From Chitinophagaceae bacterium (GTDB taxonomy: Bacteria > Bacteroidota > Bacteroidia > Chitinophagales > Chitinophagaceae), in NCBI GenBank assembly GCA_036278455.1, contig DASULB010000445.1, positions 1 to 50,422 of the forward strand: DNA of 50,422 nt, read 5' to 3'. Position numbers and translations under genes: made by a program. Under the pieces are notes generated by a model. It did not search any database. It was given only the letters and a program-made list of their open reading frames with translations, and was not told the DNA's origin. Shown here in pieces: positions 20,302 through 29,019 of the stretch; the first letter of the stretch is position 1, and each line of letters starts with the position of its first letter.

Positions 20302-22701
20302 TTATTCGCGCATCATACTGGTGATGGTGCTGATAATATCCTCCGCGTTGGGTTTGGAGAAATAATCCCCATCCGATCCGTAAGCAGGGCGGTGGGCGGT
20401 GCCGGAGAGGCAGCGTGGACCCACATCCAGCCATTTATACCCTCCCTGGATCTCCATTACATGTTGGAACATATAAGCGGTGGCGCCGCCGGGGACGTCT
20501 TCATCCAGGAAAATGATGCGGTTGGTCTTTTTAAGCGAATCTACGATACGGTGGTGGATGTCGAAGGGAAGCAACGTCTGGACATCTATCAGTTCGCAGG
20601 ATATCCCCATACTATCCAGTTGCTGAATCGCTTCCTGAGCGATGCGCAGCACGGAACCATAGGAAACAATAGTGACATCATCCCCCTCCCGGATGACTTC
20701 GGGTATGCCCAGCGGCACCGTATATTCCATCAGATTATCCGGCATTTTTTCCTTTAACCGGTAACCGTTCAGGCATTCGATCACCAGCGCCGGCTCATTG
20801 GCCTGCAAGAGCGTATTGTACATGCCGGCAGCCTTCACCATGTTCCGGGGAACACAGATGTACATGCCACGCAAAGCATGCAACAGCAGCCCCATGGGGG
20901 AGCCTGAATGCCAGATGCCTTCGAGCCGGTGCCCCCGGGTACGAATGATCAGCGGACAGAATTGCAGGCCCTTGGTGCGGTATTGAAGGGTAGCTACCTC
21001 ATCGCTGAGTTGCTCCAGTGCAAAAAGAATATAATCAAGGTATTGAATTTCCGCGATGGGGCGCAGTCCCCGCATGGCCATGCCGATCGCCTGCCCCATG
21101 ATGGTGAGCTCCCGGATGCCTGTATCGAATATGCGTTGTTCACTATATTTTTGCTGTAACCCGGCGAACGCCTGGTTCACATCGCCGATCTTGCCTACAT
21201 CCTCGCCGAAGGCAAAAACAAGCGGGTTGGCACTGAAGAGCTGATCAAAATACCGGTTCAACACTTCATAACCGTTGAGCAGTTGCGGGGAATCGCCGTA
21301 ATGCGGCTGAACCTCCTGCACCTGCAGCGCGGAATTGGCACCCTGCGCATATAAATAAGTATTGTAAAGATCCTCACCTTCCTGCTTCAATCGCTGGTAT
21401 AACGCGCTCAGACCCTTCATTCCCGGGGAGTTTACCTTAGCCGGATTGTTCAGGATGTGGGCAACGGTTGAAAGCACATCCCGGCGCAGCGCCAGCATAT
21501 CCTTTTGAGCAACCAGCGCTCCCGCCACTTTCTTGATCAGCGCGTTGTCGTTCTTTCCTTCCTTGATGATGACATTGCACTGGTTTACTACCTCCCGGAC
21601 CTGCGCCCGGATCGGTTGCTGAAAATTTTTAAAAGCTGCCGTCCTTGCCTGCAACGCGCGCTCATGAGATTTTTTTTCGATCTGCTCCAGCTCTTGTTCA
21701 GATGCCAGCGCGTTTTCGATCATCCAATTGCGCATTTGCCGCGCACAGTCCCATTCTTTTTCCCATGCAAGCCTTTCTTTACTTTTATAACGTTCGTGTG
21801 ACCCCGATGTGGAATGCCCCAATGGTTGGGTAAGTTCTTCCACATGAAAGACCGCGGGGATCTGTTTTTCCCGCACCCGTGCGATCCCTTTTTCAAATAC
21901 TTCACACATGCCGGCATAATCCCATCCTTTTACGCGGTAAATATCAATACCGTTGGTACGCTCTGTCTTGCGGAAGCCTTCCAGCACCGCCGAGATGGAC
22001 CCTTTCGCGGTCTGGTATTTACGGGGCACGGAAATGCCATAACCATCGTCCCAGATAAAGATGGCCAATGGTACCTGCAATATCGCGGCGGCATTGATGG
22101 TTTCCCAGAAATGACCTTCGGAGGTGCTGGCATCGCCAATCGTGGCGAAACACACTTCGTTCCCATGATTTGAAAGCCGGGGATAATTCTCCAGGCCGGC
22201 TACCTCACGAAACAACTTGGAGGCAAAAGCCAGTCCCACGGACCGGGGCATCTGGGAAGAAGTCGGTGCCAGGTCCGCCGCCGTATTTTTTATTTCGGTG
22301 AGATTAAGCCAATTGCCATTCTCATCAAGGTTTGGTGTGGCGAAATGCGCGTTCATCTGGCGGCCGGCAGAATGCGGATCATTATCCTGATGGGGATCCG
22401 CATATAACTGGGCAAAATACTGCTCCAGGGTACAAAGGCCCGTGGCCATCGCGAAGGTCTGGTCACGGTAATACCCCGAGCGCCAGTCACCCGGACGGAA
22501 AAACTTGGCCAGTGCTACCTGCGGAACTTCCTTGCCATCACCGAATACTCCGAATTTAGCCTTTCCCATAAAAACTTCCTTCCTGGCCAGAAGACTCGTC
22601 TCCCGGCTGTCACAGACCAAGCCGTAATCACTCAGCACCTCCTTTTTAAACTCTTCAAACGATAAAGGACTATTCAATTCAGAATGATTCTGTTTTTGCA
22701 T
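20302..22701 (-). CDS. Fused E1 alpha/beta thiamine-diphosphate-dependent 2-oxoacid dehydrogenase
   Basis: 799 aa. An N-terminal E1-alpha-like TPP-binding half and a C-terminal E1-beta/transketolase-like half form one polypeptide, an architecture common in Bacteroidota. Confidence 0.85.
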   Translation of the reverse strand: MQKQNHSELNSPLSFEEFKKEVLSDYGLVCDSRETSLLARKEVFMGKAKFGVFGDGKEVPQVALAKFFRPGDWRSGYYRDQTFAMATGLCTLEQYFAQLYADPHQDNDPHSAGRQMNAHFATPNLDENGNWLNLTEIKNTAADLAPTSSQMPRSVGLAFASKLFREVAGLENYPRLSNHGNEVCFATIGDASTSEGHFWETINAAAILQVPLAIFIWDDGYGISVPRKYQTAKGSISAVLEGFRKTERTNGIDIYRVKGWDYAGMCEVFEKGIARVREKQIPAVFHVEELTQPLGHSTSGSHERYKSKERLAWEKEWDCARQMRNWMIENALASEQELEQIEKKSHERALQARTAAFKNFQQPIRAQVREVVNQCNVIIKEGKNDNALIKKVAGALVAQKDMLALRRDVLSTVAHILNNPAKVNSPGMKGLSALYQRLKQEGEDLYNTYLYAQGANSALQVQEVQPHYGDSPQLLNGYEVLNRYFDQLFSANPLVFAFGEDVGKIGDVNQAFAGLQQKYSEQRIFDTGIRELTIMGQAIGMAMRGLRPIAEIQYLDYILFALEQLSDEVATLQYRTKGLQFCPLIIRTRGHRLEGIWHSGSPMGLLLHALRGMYICVPRNMVKAAGMYNTLLQANEPALVIECLNGYRLKEKMPDNLMEYTVPLGIPEVIREGDDVTIVSYGSVLRIAQEAIQQLDSMGISCELIDVQTLLPFDIHHRIVDSLKKTNRIIFLDEDVPGGATAYMFQHVMEIQGGYKWLDVGPRCLSGTAHRPAYGSDGDYFSKPNAEDIISTITSMMRE

Positions 22702-22717
22702 ATGTCGGCTTTATGTG

Positions 22718-22725
22718 CAAATATA
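22718..22725 (-). promoter_or_regulatory. -7 box (TATATTTG on the minus strand) for the fused E1 gene
   Basis: Exact TAnnTTTG match 17 nt upstream of the ATG at 22701. Confidence 0.3.
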
Positions 22726-22860
22726 ATAATTAGAATGAAACGTATTTGGGTTTAAATAACACAACTTTTTGACAATGAAGCTTATAAGGACTCTTTTCTT
22801 AACAGGAACTTAACAATTTACACCATTTTTATGAAAAAACGGTAAAAAATATCGATGTAA

Positions 22861-22889
22861 TTTGCATTGTTATTTATTTTTTACCTTTG
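22861..22889 (+). promoter_or_regulatory. Bacteroidota-type promoter (TTTG-N17-TACCTTTG) for the DUF1573 gene
   Basis: TTTG at 22861-22864 and TACCTTTG at 22882-22889. The spacer is 2 nt shorter than the usual 19-21 nt. Confidence 0.4.
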
Positions 22890-22925
22890 TTCCATCTTTA
22901 ACGATACAACAAAAATTCCTACACT

Positions 22926-23375
22926 ATGAAAAAAGCGCTGTTTTGTGGTATTGCCGTTTGCCTTATGTTTTGCGGAACCGCCTTTGGCCAAACGCAAACA
23001 AATGCAAAAGACCAGGCCACGGCTTCTGCCACCACCAAGACGCAGGCCACAAAAAAATCACCATTCGACGGAAAGATCAAGTTCCAAAAGGAAACGGTTG
23101 ATTTTGGTACCGCAAAGCTTAATCATCCCGTCACTGTCCAATTTGAATTTACCAACGTGGGGCAGCAACCCGTGATCATCCAGAGCGCACAGCCCAGTTG
23201 CGGTTGCACCACCCCTTCCTGGACAAAGGAGCCGGTACTTCCAGGGAAGAAAGGCGTTGTCAAAGCCATCTATAATTCAGCCGTTTTAGGGCAAGTCAAC
23301 AAAACCGTATTTGTGAATTTCAAAGGAATCCCCCAAACGATGGAACTCCATTTGACGGGTAAAATTGAGAAGTAG
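22926..23375 (+). CDS. DUF1573 domain-containing exported protein
   Basis: 149 aa with a signal peptide. The SCGCTTPSW motif and Ig-like beta-strand pattern are characteristic of DUF1573. Confidence 0.85.
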   Translation: MKKALFCGIAVCLMFCGTAFGQTQTNAKDQATASATTKTQATKKSPFDGKIKFQKETVDFGTAKLNHPVTVQFEFTNVGQQPVIIQSAQPSCGCTTPSWTKEPVLPGKKGVVKAIYNSAVLGQVNKTVFVNFKGIPQTMELHLTGKIEK

Positions 23376-23400
23376 TTGATTACTCTCCTGTAAGATTTTA

Positions 23401-23443
23401 GATGCCTTCCGGTCTTTCATAAACCGGAAGGCATCGCTTTTTG
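23401..23443 (+). terminator. Rho-independent terminator
   Basis: 13-bp perfect stem GATGCCTTCCGGT / ACCGGAAGGCATC with a 9-nt loop, followed by GCTTTTTGG. Confidence 0.8.
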
Positions 23444-23483
23444 GGGCTTTGCTGAAATGTGGAAATAGCATAGGTTTGCATCT

Positions 23484-24683
23484 ATGCCAAAGCTAAGCAG
23501 CCGGGGTATCCAAATGCCCGCCTCACCCATCAGGAAACTGGTACCTTTCGCGGAAGCCGCCAAAAAAAGAGGTGTCAAAGTCTATCACCTCAATATCGGC
23601 CAGCCCGACATTGAAACACCGCCTCCTATTCTGGACGCCGTTCGTCAATCCACTTTCAAAGTGCTGGAATACAGCCACAGTGCAGGTAATGAAAGTTACC
23701 GGAAAAAGCTTACGGCTTATTACGCCCGTTTTGATATTATCATTGATCATACGGAAATCCTCATTACCACCGGTGGATCGGAAGCCATTCTGTTCGCGAT
23801 GATGAGTTGTCTGGATCTCGGCGATGAGATTATCATACCTGAACCCTTTTATGCCAATTATAATGGCTTCGCCCACGAAGCCGGGATAACGGTCAAAACC
23901 GTCACATCTACAATCGAAAACGCATTCGCCCTGCCTCCGGTCGGGAATATTGAGAAACTGATCACCCCGCGAACAAAAGCCATCCTCATATGCAATCCCA
24001 ACAATCCCACAGGTTATTTATACAGCAGGGAAGAACTGGAATTGCTGAAACGCATCTGTCTGGAACATGACCTTTATTTATTCTCCGATGAAGCTTACCG
24101 CGAGTTCTGCTATGAAGGCACCCATTTTTCGGCGATGAATCTGACAGGCATGGAAAACAATGTCGTATTGTTGGATACCATCTCCAAACGTTACAGCGCC
24201 TGCGGTGCCCGCATGGGTATGCTGATCACCAGGAATCACCAGATATTGGATAGTGCGGTAAAATTTGGCCAGGCCAGGCTTAGTCCGCCGACCTTTGCCC
24301 AGATCCTGGGCGAGGCCGCTGTGGATTTGCCCCCGGATTATTTTGACAAGATAAAGGCCGAATACCGTTCCCGCCGGGACCTGATGGTCAAACTGCTCAA
24401 TCATATTCCCGGCGTCAAATGTCCCCAGCCGGGAGGCGCTTTTTATGCGATGGCGCAATTACCTGTGGATGATACAGATAAATTCTGCAGATGGCTGCTG
24501 GAGGTCTTCTCTTATGAGAATCAAACACTCATGCTTGCACCGGCATCAGGGTTTTATTCAACGCCGGGTTTTGGCCGGAAAGAGGTTCGGCTTGCCTATG
24601 TACTTAATACCGATGACTTGCAAAAAGCAATGGAATGTCTTAAAGAATCCTTAAAAATGTATTCAATAAATAAAAATAACTGA
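23484..24683 (+). CDS. Pyridoxal-phosphate-dependent aminotransferase (class I/II, aspartate-aminotransferase-like)
   Basis: 399 aa. NPNNPTG and SKRYSACGARMG (PLP-lysine context) are class I aminotransferase motifs. Confidence 0.9.
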   Translation: MPKLSSRGIQMPASPIRKLVPFAEAAKKRGVKVYHLNIGQPDIETPPPILDAVRQSTFKVLEYSHSAGNESYRKKLTAYYARFDIIIDHTEILITTGGSEAILFAMMSCLDLGDEIIIPEPFYANYNGFAHEAGITVKTVTSTIENAFALPPVGNIEKLITPRTKAILICNPNNPTGYLYSREELELLKRICLEHDLYLFSDEAYREFCYEGTHFSAMNLTGMENNVVLLDTISKRYSACGARMGMLITRNHQILDSAVKFGQARLSPPTFAQILGEAAVDLPPDYFDKIKAEYRSRRDLMVKLLNHIPGVKCPQPGGAFYAMAQLPVDDTDKFCRWLLEVFSYENQTLMLAPASGFYSTPGFGRKEVRLAYVLNTDDLQKAMECLKESLKMYSINKNN

Positions 24684-24685
24684 GT

Positions 24686-24718
24686 TTTGATTATTTGGCA
24701 CTTAATTTGATATTTTTC
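24686..24718 (+). promoter_or_regulatory. Near-consensus Bacteroidota promoter (TTTG-N21-TATTTTTC)
   Basis: TTTG at 24686-24689, a 21-nt spacer, then TATTTTTC at 24711-24718, which matches TAnnTTTG at 7 of 8 positions. It starts 3 nt after the aminotransferase stop. Confidence 0.35.
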
Positions 24719-24724
24719 TATTGA

Positions 24725-24902
24725 TTGCAGCATTCATTCAGGGAAATTAACAAATCCTAAACGTTTCCTTCAATATTAGTAAAGTAGTTTTGCATGATAA
24801 GAACTGAATAAAAGCACTTAAGTATACAAGCCATCAATCCTTGATGGCTGTCGTAGAGAGGATGGGAGTAGTCCCCCGGTATCCACCGGGGGAATTTTTT
24901 TT
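24725..24902 (+). ncRNA. Candidate small RNA of about 180 nt (unknown family) bounded by the promoter-like motif and a strong terminator
   Basis: No ORF longer than 5 codons. Internal 9-bp hairpin AGCCATCAA/TTGATGGCT at 24829-24849, and a terminal hairpin plus T8 at 24873-24902. Confidence 0.25.
24873..24902 (+). terminator. Rho-independent terminator (CCCCCGG-N6-CCGGGGG followed by AA and T8)
   Basis: 7-bp G/C stem, 6-nt loop and a run of eight T residues at 24895-24902. Confidence 0.65.
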
Positions 24903-24940
24903 GGCTACTTCAAGTCCTGATATTTTATCAACAGAAAGAA

Positions 24941-25184
24941 TGAGCTACGAAATAAAGAAGTGTATTCAGCAGTTACAACTGCTAAAAACTGTGCATTGTT
25001 ACTTACCTATTACACAGAAGCCATCCCAATCCTGGACAGCACGTTCGTATTGAGCTGCAAGAGAGCGATCTACACCGAAAAAGAACATCCAACACATTCA
25101 GCCACTTTGGTAAAGAAAAATCACTATTATACCATGCTGCAAGGCGGACTAATGATGAAAGATTTATTCAAACGAATGAGGTAA
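24941..25184 (+). pseudogene. Possible frame-broken gene fragment (two overlapping short ORFs in different frames)
   Basis: MSYEIKKCIQQLQLLKTVH... stops at 25054. A second frame continues with ...YYTEAIPILDSTFVLSCKRAIYTEKEHP...KDLFKRMR to 25184. I recognise no family. Confidence 0.2.
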
Positions 25185-25247
25185 ATTGCGGCCGGCGCAG
25201 GTACCCGATGATTTGGAAACGGATAGTACAAATTCCCTGAAATCATC

Positions 25248-25568
25248 GTGCAACGATTTACGCTATTATTTAAAATGGGCGATCCTTCCTCATATGATGA
25301 TCTGATAGAAGTACTATCAGTACTGATCGGGCAAGCCCGTGAAGGCCTCGAAGCCTCTATGCTCCTTTTGCAGGACGAGGCAGATAATATTATCATTCAG
25401 AAGTGCAGAGACATCAGCCAGATTGAGCATTTACTGGACAACGTTTCTTCCTTGCTATATGCGGGCATCGGGCATCAGTTATATTTGAGGTTACTGGAAT
25501 ATTACAAACCCATAGACAGTGAAGGCGCAAACTTCTATTGGAACTTGTATGAAGAAATTAATGCCTAA
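25248..25568 (+). CDS. Orphan hypothetical protein (97-106 aa, predicted all-helical)
   Basis: GTG at 25248 or ATG at 25275. The composition looks protein-like (LIEVLSVLIGQAREGLEASMLLLQDEADNIII...). It contains RDISQIEH (R-x6-H). I recognise no family. Confidence 0.4.
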   Translation: MQRFTLLFKMGDPSSYDDLIEVLSVLIGQAREGLEASMLLLQDEADNIIIQKCRDISQIEHLLDNVSSLLYAGIGHQLYLRLLEYYKPIDSEGANFYWNLYEEINA

Positions 25569-25914
25569 TGGGTCTTCGCAATTAAGATGAACCAATTTTG
25601 CTCAAACGTAACTTGAGGTGAAGCAACGACAAAAGTATTTGGGGAAGATAATGGAAAAGAAGAACCTAAAATCTTTAATGCGAAATTAATTTTGAAGATG
25701 CCAGGAACAAGATGTCATCATATTGAAGAGCTAAGGAAAACATTTTTTAAGTACCTTAAGAAGCACCCATTGAGGCTGTTGCTACCGGGCCCCGAAAGGA
25801 CCGGCGATGCCAGTTGTTAAAGAGGCGAAGCAATTTTACATAATCAAAAGGTATCGGGTAGTCAGGATCTCTCTTATTCCTTTGGAACCCGATCTAAGCC
25901 CCCATTCGATCATT

Positions 25915-27021
25915 TTATTGATGCAACATCGTCATAAATTCATCGAAGAGGTAGCGTGAGTCATACGGCCCCGGTGTAGATTCGGGATGGTATTGTACGG
26001 AAAAAGCCTGGTGGTCCCGGATGCGGATACCTTCAATGGAATCGTCATTCAGGTTTACATGGGTAATTTCCACCACCTCCGTCTGCCGGGTCGCTGCAGG
26101 ATCAATGCCGAAGCCATGATTTTGCGTGGTGATCTCACTTCTGCCGGTCCTTAGGTTCTTTACAGGGTGATTTAATCCCCTGTGGCCATGATGCATTTTA
26201 AAGGTGGGAATGCCATTGGCCAGGGCCAGCAACTGATGGCCCAGGCATATGCCGAAAAGAGGCTTGCCAGACTCCTGGATATTCTTTACGGTCTGTACGG
26301 CGTAATCCATCGCGGCCGGATCTCCCGGTCCGTTGGAAACAAAATAGCCGTGCGGTTCAAACTTCTCCATTTCTTCAAACGTGGCCTTTGCCGGGTAAAC
26401 CTGCAGGAAAGCACCACGATCAGCGAGGCATTGCAGAATATTATGTTTGACACCGAGATCCAGCACGGAAATACGAATATCCGCCTTCGGATCACCTACC
26501 TGGTAGATCTCGCTCGTGGAGACTTTCGAAGACAGCTCAAGCCCGGCCATGGAAGGTACTTCATCCAGCATCTGGCGCAACTTATCACGATCGGTGGTTT
26601 CAGAGGAAATAATGCAGTTCATCACCCCCTTGCTGCGGATGTGTGTCACCAGGGCACGGGTATCCACATCATAAATGCCCACCAGGCCGTTTTTGGCCAT
26701 GTAACTTTCCAGGGAGGCATCCGCCATTGGCCGGTAAAACTGTGTGGAAATATTCTTGCAAATCAACCCGTTTATCTTGATCCCCCCTGACTCTACGTCC
26801 TCCTTCCTGGTCCCATAATTACCGATGTAGCAATTGTTCATGATCAAAACCTGACCGGCATAGGACGGATCGGTAAACACCTCCTGGTACCCCGTCATAC
26901 CCGTATTAAAACAAATCTCTCCCGTGGTGGTACCGGTTTTTCCAAAAGCTTTTCCTTCATAATACGTTCCGTCTTCAAGCAGTAAGGCGGCTGTAGGGCA
27001 ATCGCTGGTTGATGTTGACAT
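25915..27021 (-). CDS. carA: Carbamoyl-phosphate synthase small (glutamine amidotransferase) subunit
   Basis: 368 aa with a CPSase small-chain N-domain and a class I GATase carrying the GICLGHQLL nucleophile motif. Confidence 0.95.
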   Translation of the reverse strand: MSTSTSDCPTAALLLEDGTYYEGKAFGKTGTTTGEICFNTGMTGYQEVFTDPSYAGQVLIMNNCYIGNYGTRKEDVESGGIKINGLICKNISTQFYRPMADASLESYMAKNGLVGIYDVDTRALVTHIRSKGVMNCIISSETTDRDKLRQMLDEVPSMAGLELSSKVSTSEIYQVGDPKADIRISVLDLGVKHNILQCLADRGAFLQVYPAKATFEEMEKFEPHGYFVSNGPGDPAAMDYAVQTVKNIQESGKPLFGICLGHQLLALANGIPTFKMHHGHRGLNHPVKNLRTGRSEITTQNHGFGIDPAATRQTEVVEITHVNLNDDSIEGIRIRDHQAFSVQYHPESTPGPYDSRYLFDEFMTMLHQ

Positions 27022-27061
27022 GTTGATTATATGGCTTTATTTTTTTCGATTTTATGCAAAA

Positions 27062-27099
27062 ATAAAAAAGACAAAGCGTAATGCTTCGTCTTTTTTTTA
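27062..27099 (-). terminator. Terminator after rplQ (hairpin flanked by A and T runs, potentially bidirectional)
   Basis: Stem AGACAAAGC / GCTTCGTCT with one mismatch and a 5-nt loop. On the minus strand it is followed by TTTTTTATT, and it lies 24 nt beyond the rplQ stop. Confidence 0.6.
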
Positions 27100-27122
27100 T
27101 GATTTGAATAAAGGGGTCATTT

Positions 27123-27761
27123 TTACGCTCCGGTTTCTTTTTTTTCTGTGTCATCATTATCCCCGGGGGCTTTTTCGTCTCCCGATTCACCTTTGGGCTC
27201 ATCGCCGGCTGCCTCGCCAGCGGCGGCAGCTGCTTCGGCGGGTGGTGTTTTGGCCTCCGCTTCAGGAGCCTCGGGTGCTTCCACTACCTGCGGGGCAGCC
27301 TCTTTTTTCTCCGTCTGTGCACCCTCTTTCTTCTTGGCGCCTCCACCGCTACGGCGGGTTCTTCTCTTCTTACCGCTCCCCGGCGCTTCCCTGGTATATA
27401 TTTCGTTATAATCCACGAGTTCTATCATGGCAACCTCCGCTGCGTCACCCAATCGTTTTCCCAGCTTGATGATGCGGGTATATCCTCCCGGACGGTCGGC
27501 GATCTTCTCGCTGATGGGCCCGAAAAGCTCGGTAATGGCATGCTTATCATTCAGGTAGCTGAATACTACCCTGCGTTGATGGGTCGTGTTCGTTTTTGAT
27601 TTGGTCAGTAAGGGCTCCACATAAACACGCAACGCCTTGGCCTTCGCCAGTGTGGTGGTAATACGCTTATGGCGGATCAGCTCACAGGCCAGACCGGAAA
27701 GCAGGGCTTTGCGATGTGCAGATGTTCTTCCAAGATGATTCAACTTTACTCCGTGACGCAT
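27123..27761 (-). CDS. rplQ: 50S ribosomal protein L17 (bL17) with an acidic/Ala-rich C-terminal tail of about 90 aa
   Basis: [21 protein letters not shown]... is the canonical L17 core to about residue 122, followed by a low-complexity extension. It is the last gene of the alpha cluster. Confidence 0.95.
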   Translation of the reverse strand: MRHGVKLNHLGRTSAHRKALLSGLACELIRHKRITTTLAKAKALRVYVEPLLTKSKTNTTHQRRVVFSYLNDKHAITELFGPISEKIADRPGGYTRIIKLGKRLGDAAEVAMIELVDYNEIYTREAPGSGKKRRTRRSGGGAKKKEGAQTEKKEAAPQVVEAPEAPEAEAKTPPAEAAAAAGEAAGDEPKGESGDEKAPGDNDDTEKKETGA

Positions 27762-27904
27762 AATTTTGAGATTTTAAAGACGGGTATTTTTTTATATTTT
27801 AAAAATACCATTGTTAAGAATTCCCCTGCACCGTGTCAGGAATTGCAGGGTACTTGTTGCCAACTATTTATCCATTTCCGATCAATCCGCTACTGCTTTG
27901 TTGA

Positions 27905-28903
27905 TTAATCCTCTTCAATTTTCATTTTCGATAATTCCATTCCGAAACGCAGTCCCCGGTCATGCAGGACCTGTTCGATCTCCGCCAGGGATTTCTGTCC
28001 GAAATTGCGGAACTTCATCAACTCCTCCTGGGTATACTGCACCAGTTCGCTGAGCGAATTGATCTTGGCGGCCTTCAGGCAGTTAAACGCCCTTACGCTC
28101 AGGTCCAGGTCTTCCAGCGGCGTCTTCAGCACCTTGCGCAACTGCAGCGTCTGCTCGTCCACCACGTCTTCCTTCTCCTCTCCCTTCGTGTCAAAGCTGA
28201 TGTTCTCATCGGTGATGATCATCAAATGCTGAATCAGGATGCGGGAAGCCTGCTTCACCGCTTCTTCCGGATGAATGGTCCCGTCGGTAACAACATCCAT
28301 GATGAGCTTCTCATAGTCAGTCTTCTGTTCCACACGGGTATTCTCAATGCTGTATTTTACGTTCTTAATAGGCGTATAAATGGCATCGATGGAGATGTAT
28401 CCGAGAGGTGCTGCTTCTTTGGGCTGGTTTTCCTCGGCCGGCACATAACCGCGTCCTTTGGAGATCGTCAGTTCAATATCCAGCTTGGCGGTAGGATCCA
28501 GCGTACAGATGTACAGTTCAGGATTCATGATGGAAAACGAACTGGTCGCCTTCTCAATGAGGGAGGCCTTAAATTCGGGTTTCCCTTTCACTGAAAGCTG
28601 GATCTTTTCGGTACTGACATCGGTGTCCACGATCTTCTTAAAACGAACCTGCTTTAAGTTAAGGATGATTTCGGTAACATCTTCAGCGACCCCTTTGATG
28701 GTATTAAATTCATGGTCCACACCCTCGATCTTCACGCCGATGATGGCATATCCTTCCAGGGATGAGAGTAACACCCGGCGTAAAGCGTTACCAATGGTAA
28801 CTCCATAACCCGGTTCCAACGGACGAAATTCAAATTGCGCTTCAAAGTCGTTAGATTTCTGAAGGGCAATTTTTTCAGGTTTTTGAAAATTTAAAATGGC
28901 CAT
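27905..28903 (-). CDS. rpoA: DNA-directed RNA polymerase subunit alpha
   Basis: 332 aa. GNALRRVLLSSLEG is in the N-terminal domain, and the C-terminal domain contains LSVRAFNCLK. Confidence 0.97.
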   Translation of the reverse strand: MAILNFQKPEKIALQKSNDFEAQFEFRPLEPGYGVTIGNALRRVLLSSLEGYAIIGVKIEGVDHEFNTIKGVAEDVTEIILNLKQVRFKKIVDTDVSTEKIQLSVKGKPEFKASLIEKATSSFSIMNPELYICTLDPTAKLDIELTISKGRGYVPAEENQPKEAAPLGYISIDAIYTPIKNVKYSIENTRVEQKTDYEKLIMDVVTDGTIHPEEAVKQASRILIQHLMIITDENISFDTKGEEKEDVVDEQTLQLRKVLKTPLEDLDLSVRAFNCLKAAKINSLSELVQYTQEELMKFRNFGQKSLAEIEQVLHDRGLRFGMELSKMKIEED

Positions 28904-29019
28904 TGAATATGCGGTTTAAGGTAAATGCAAAATATTCGTTTCTCGTGTCGTGGAAGAATTTGTCTTTTCAGACGCGTAACCGGATCATAAAAAATACACC
29001 GCCACAACCGGTAATATCA

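Noticed and set aside
27762-27904. Two hairpins in the rpoA-rplQ spacer (CCCTGCA...TGCAGGG and GGTATTTTT...AAAAATACC), considered as an attenuator
   Set aside because: This is plausible but unremarkable. Partial terminators between rpoA and rplQ are common, and I cannot evaluate stability or conservation by eye.
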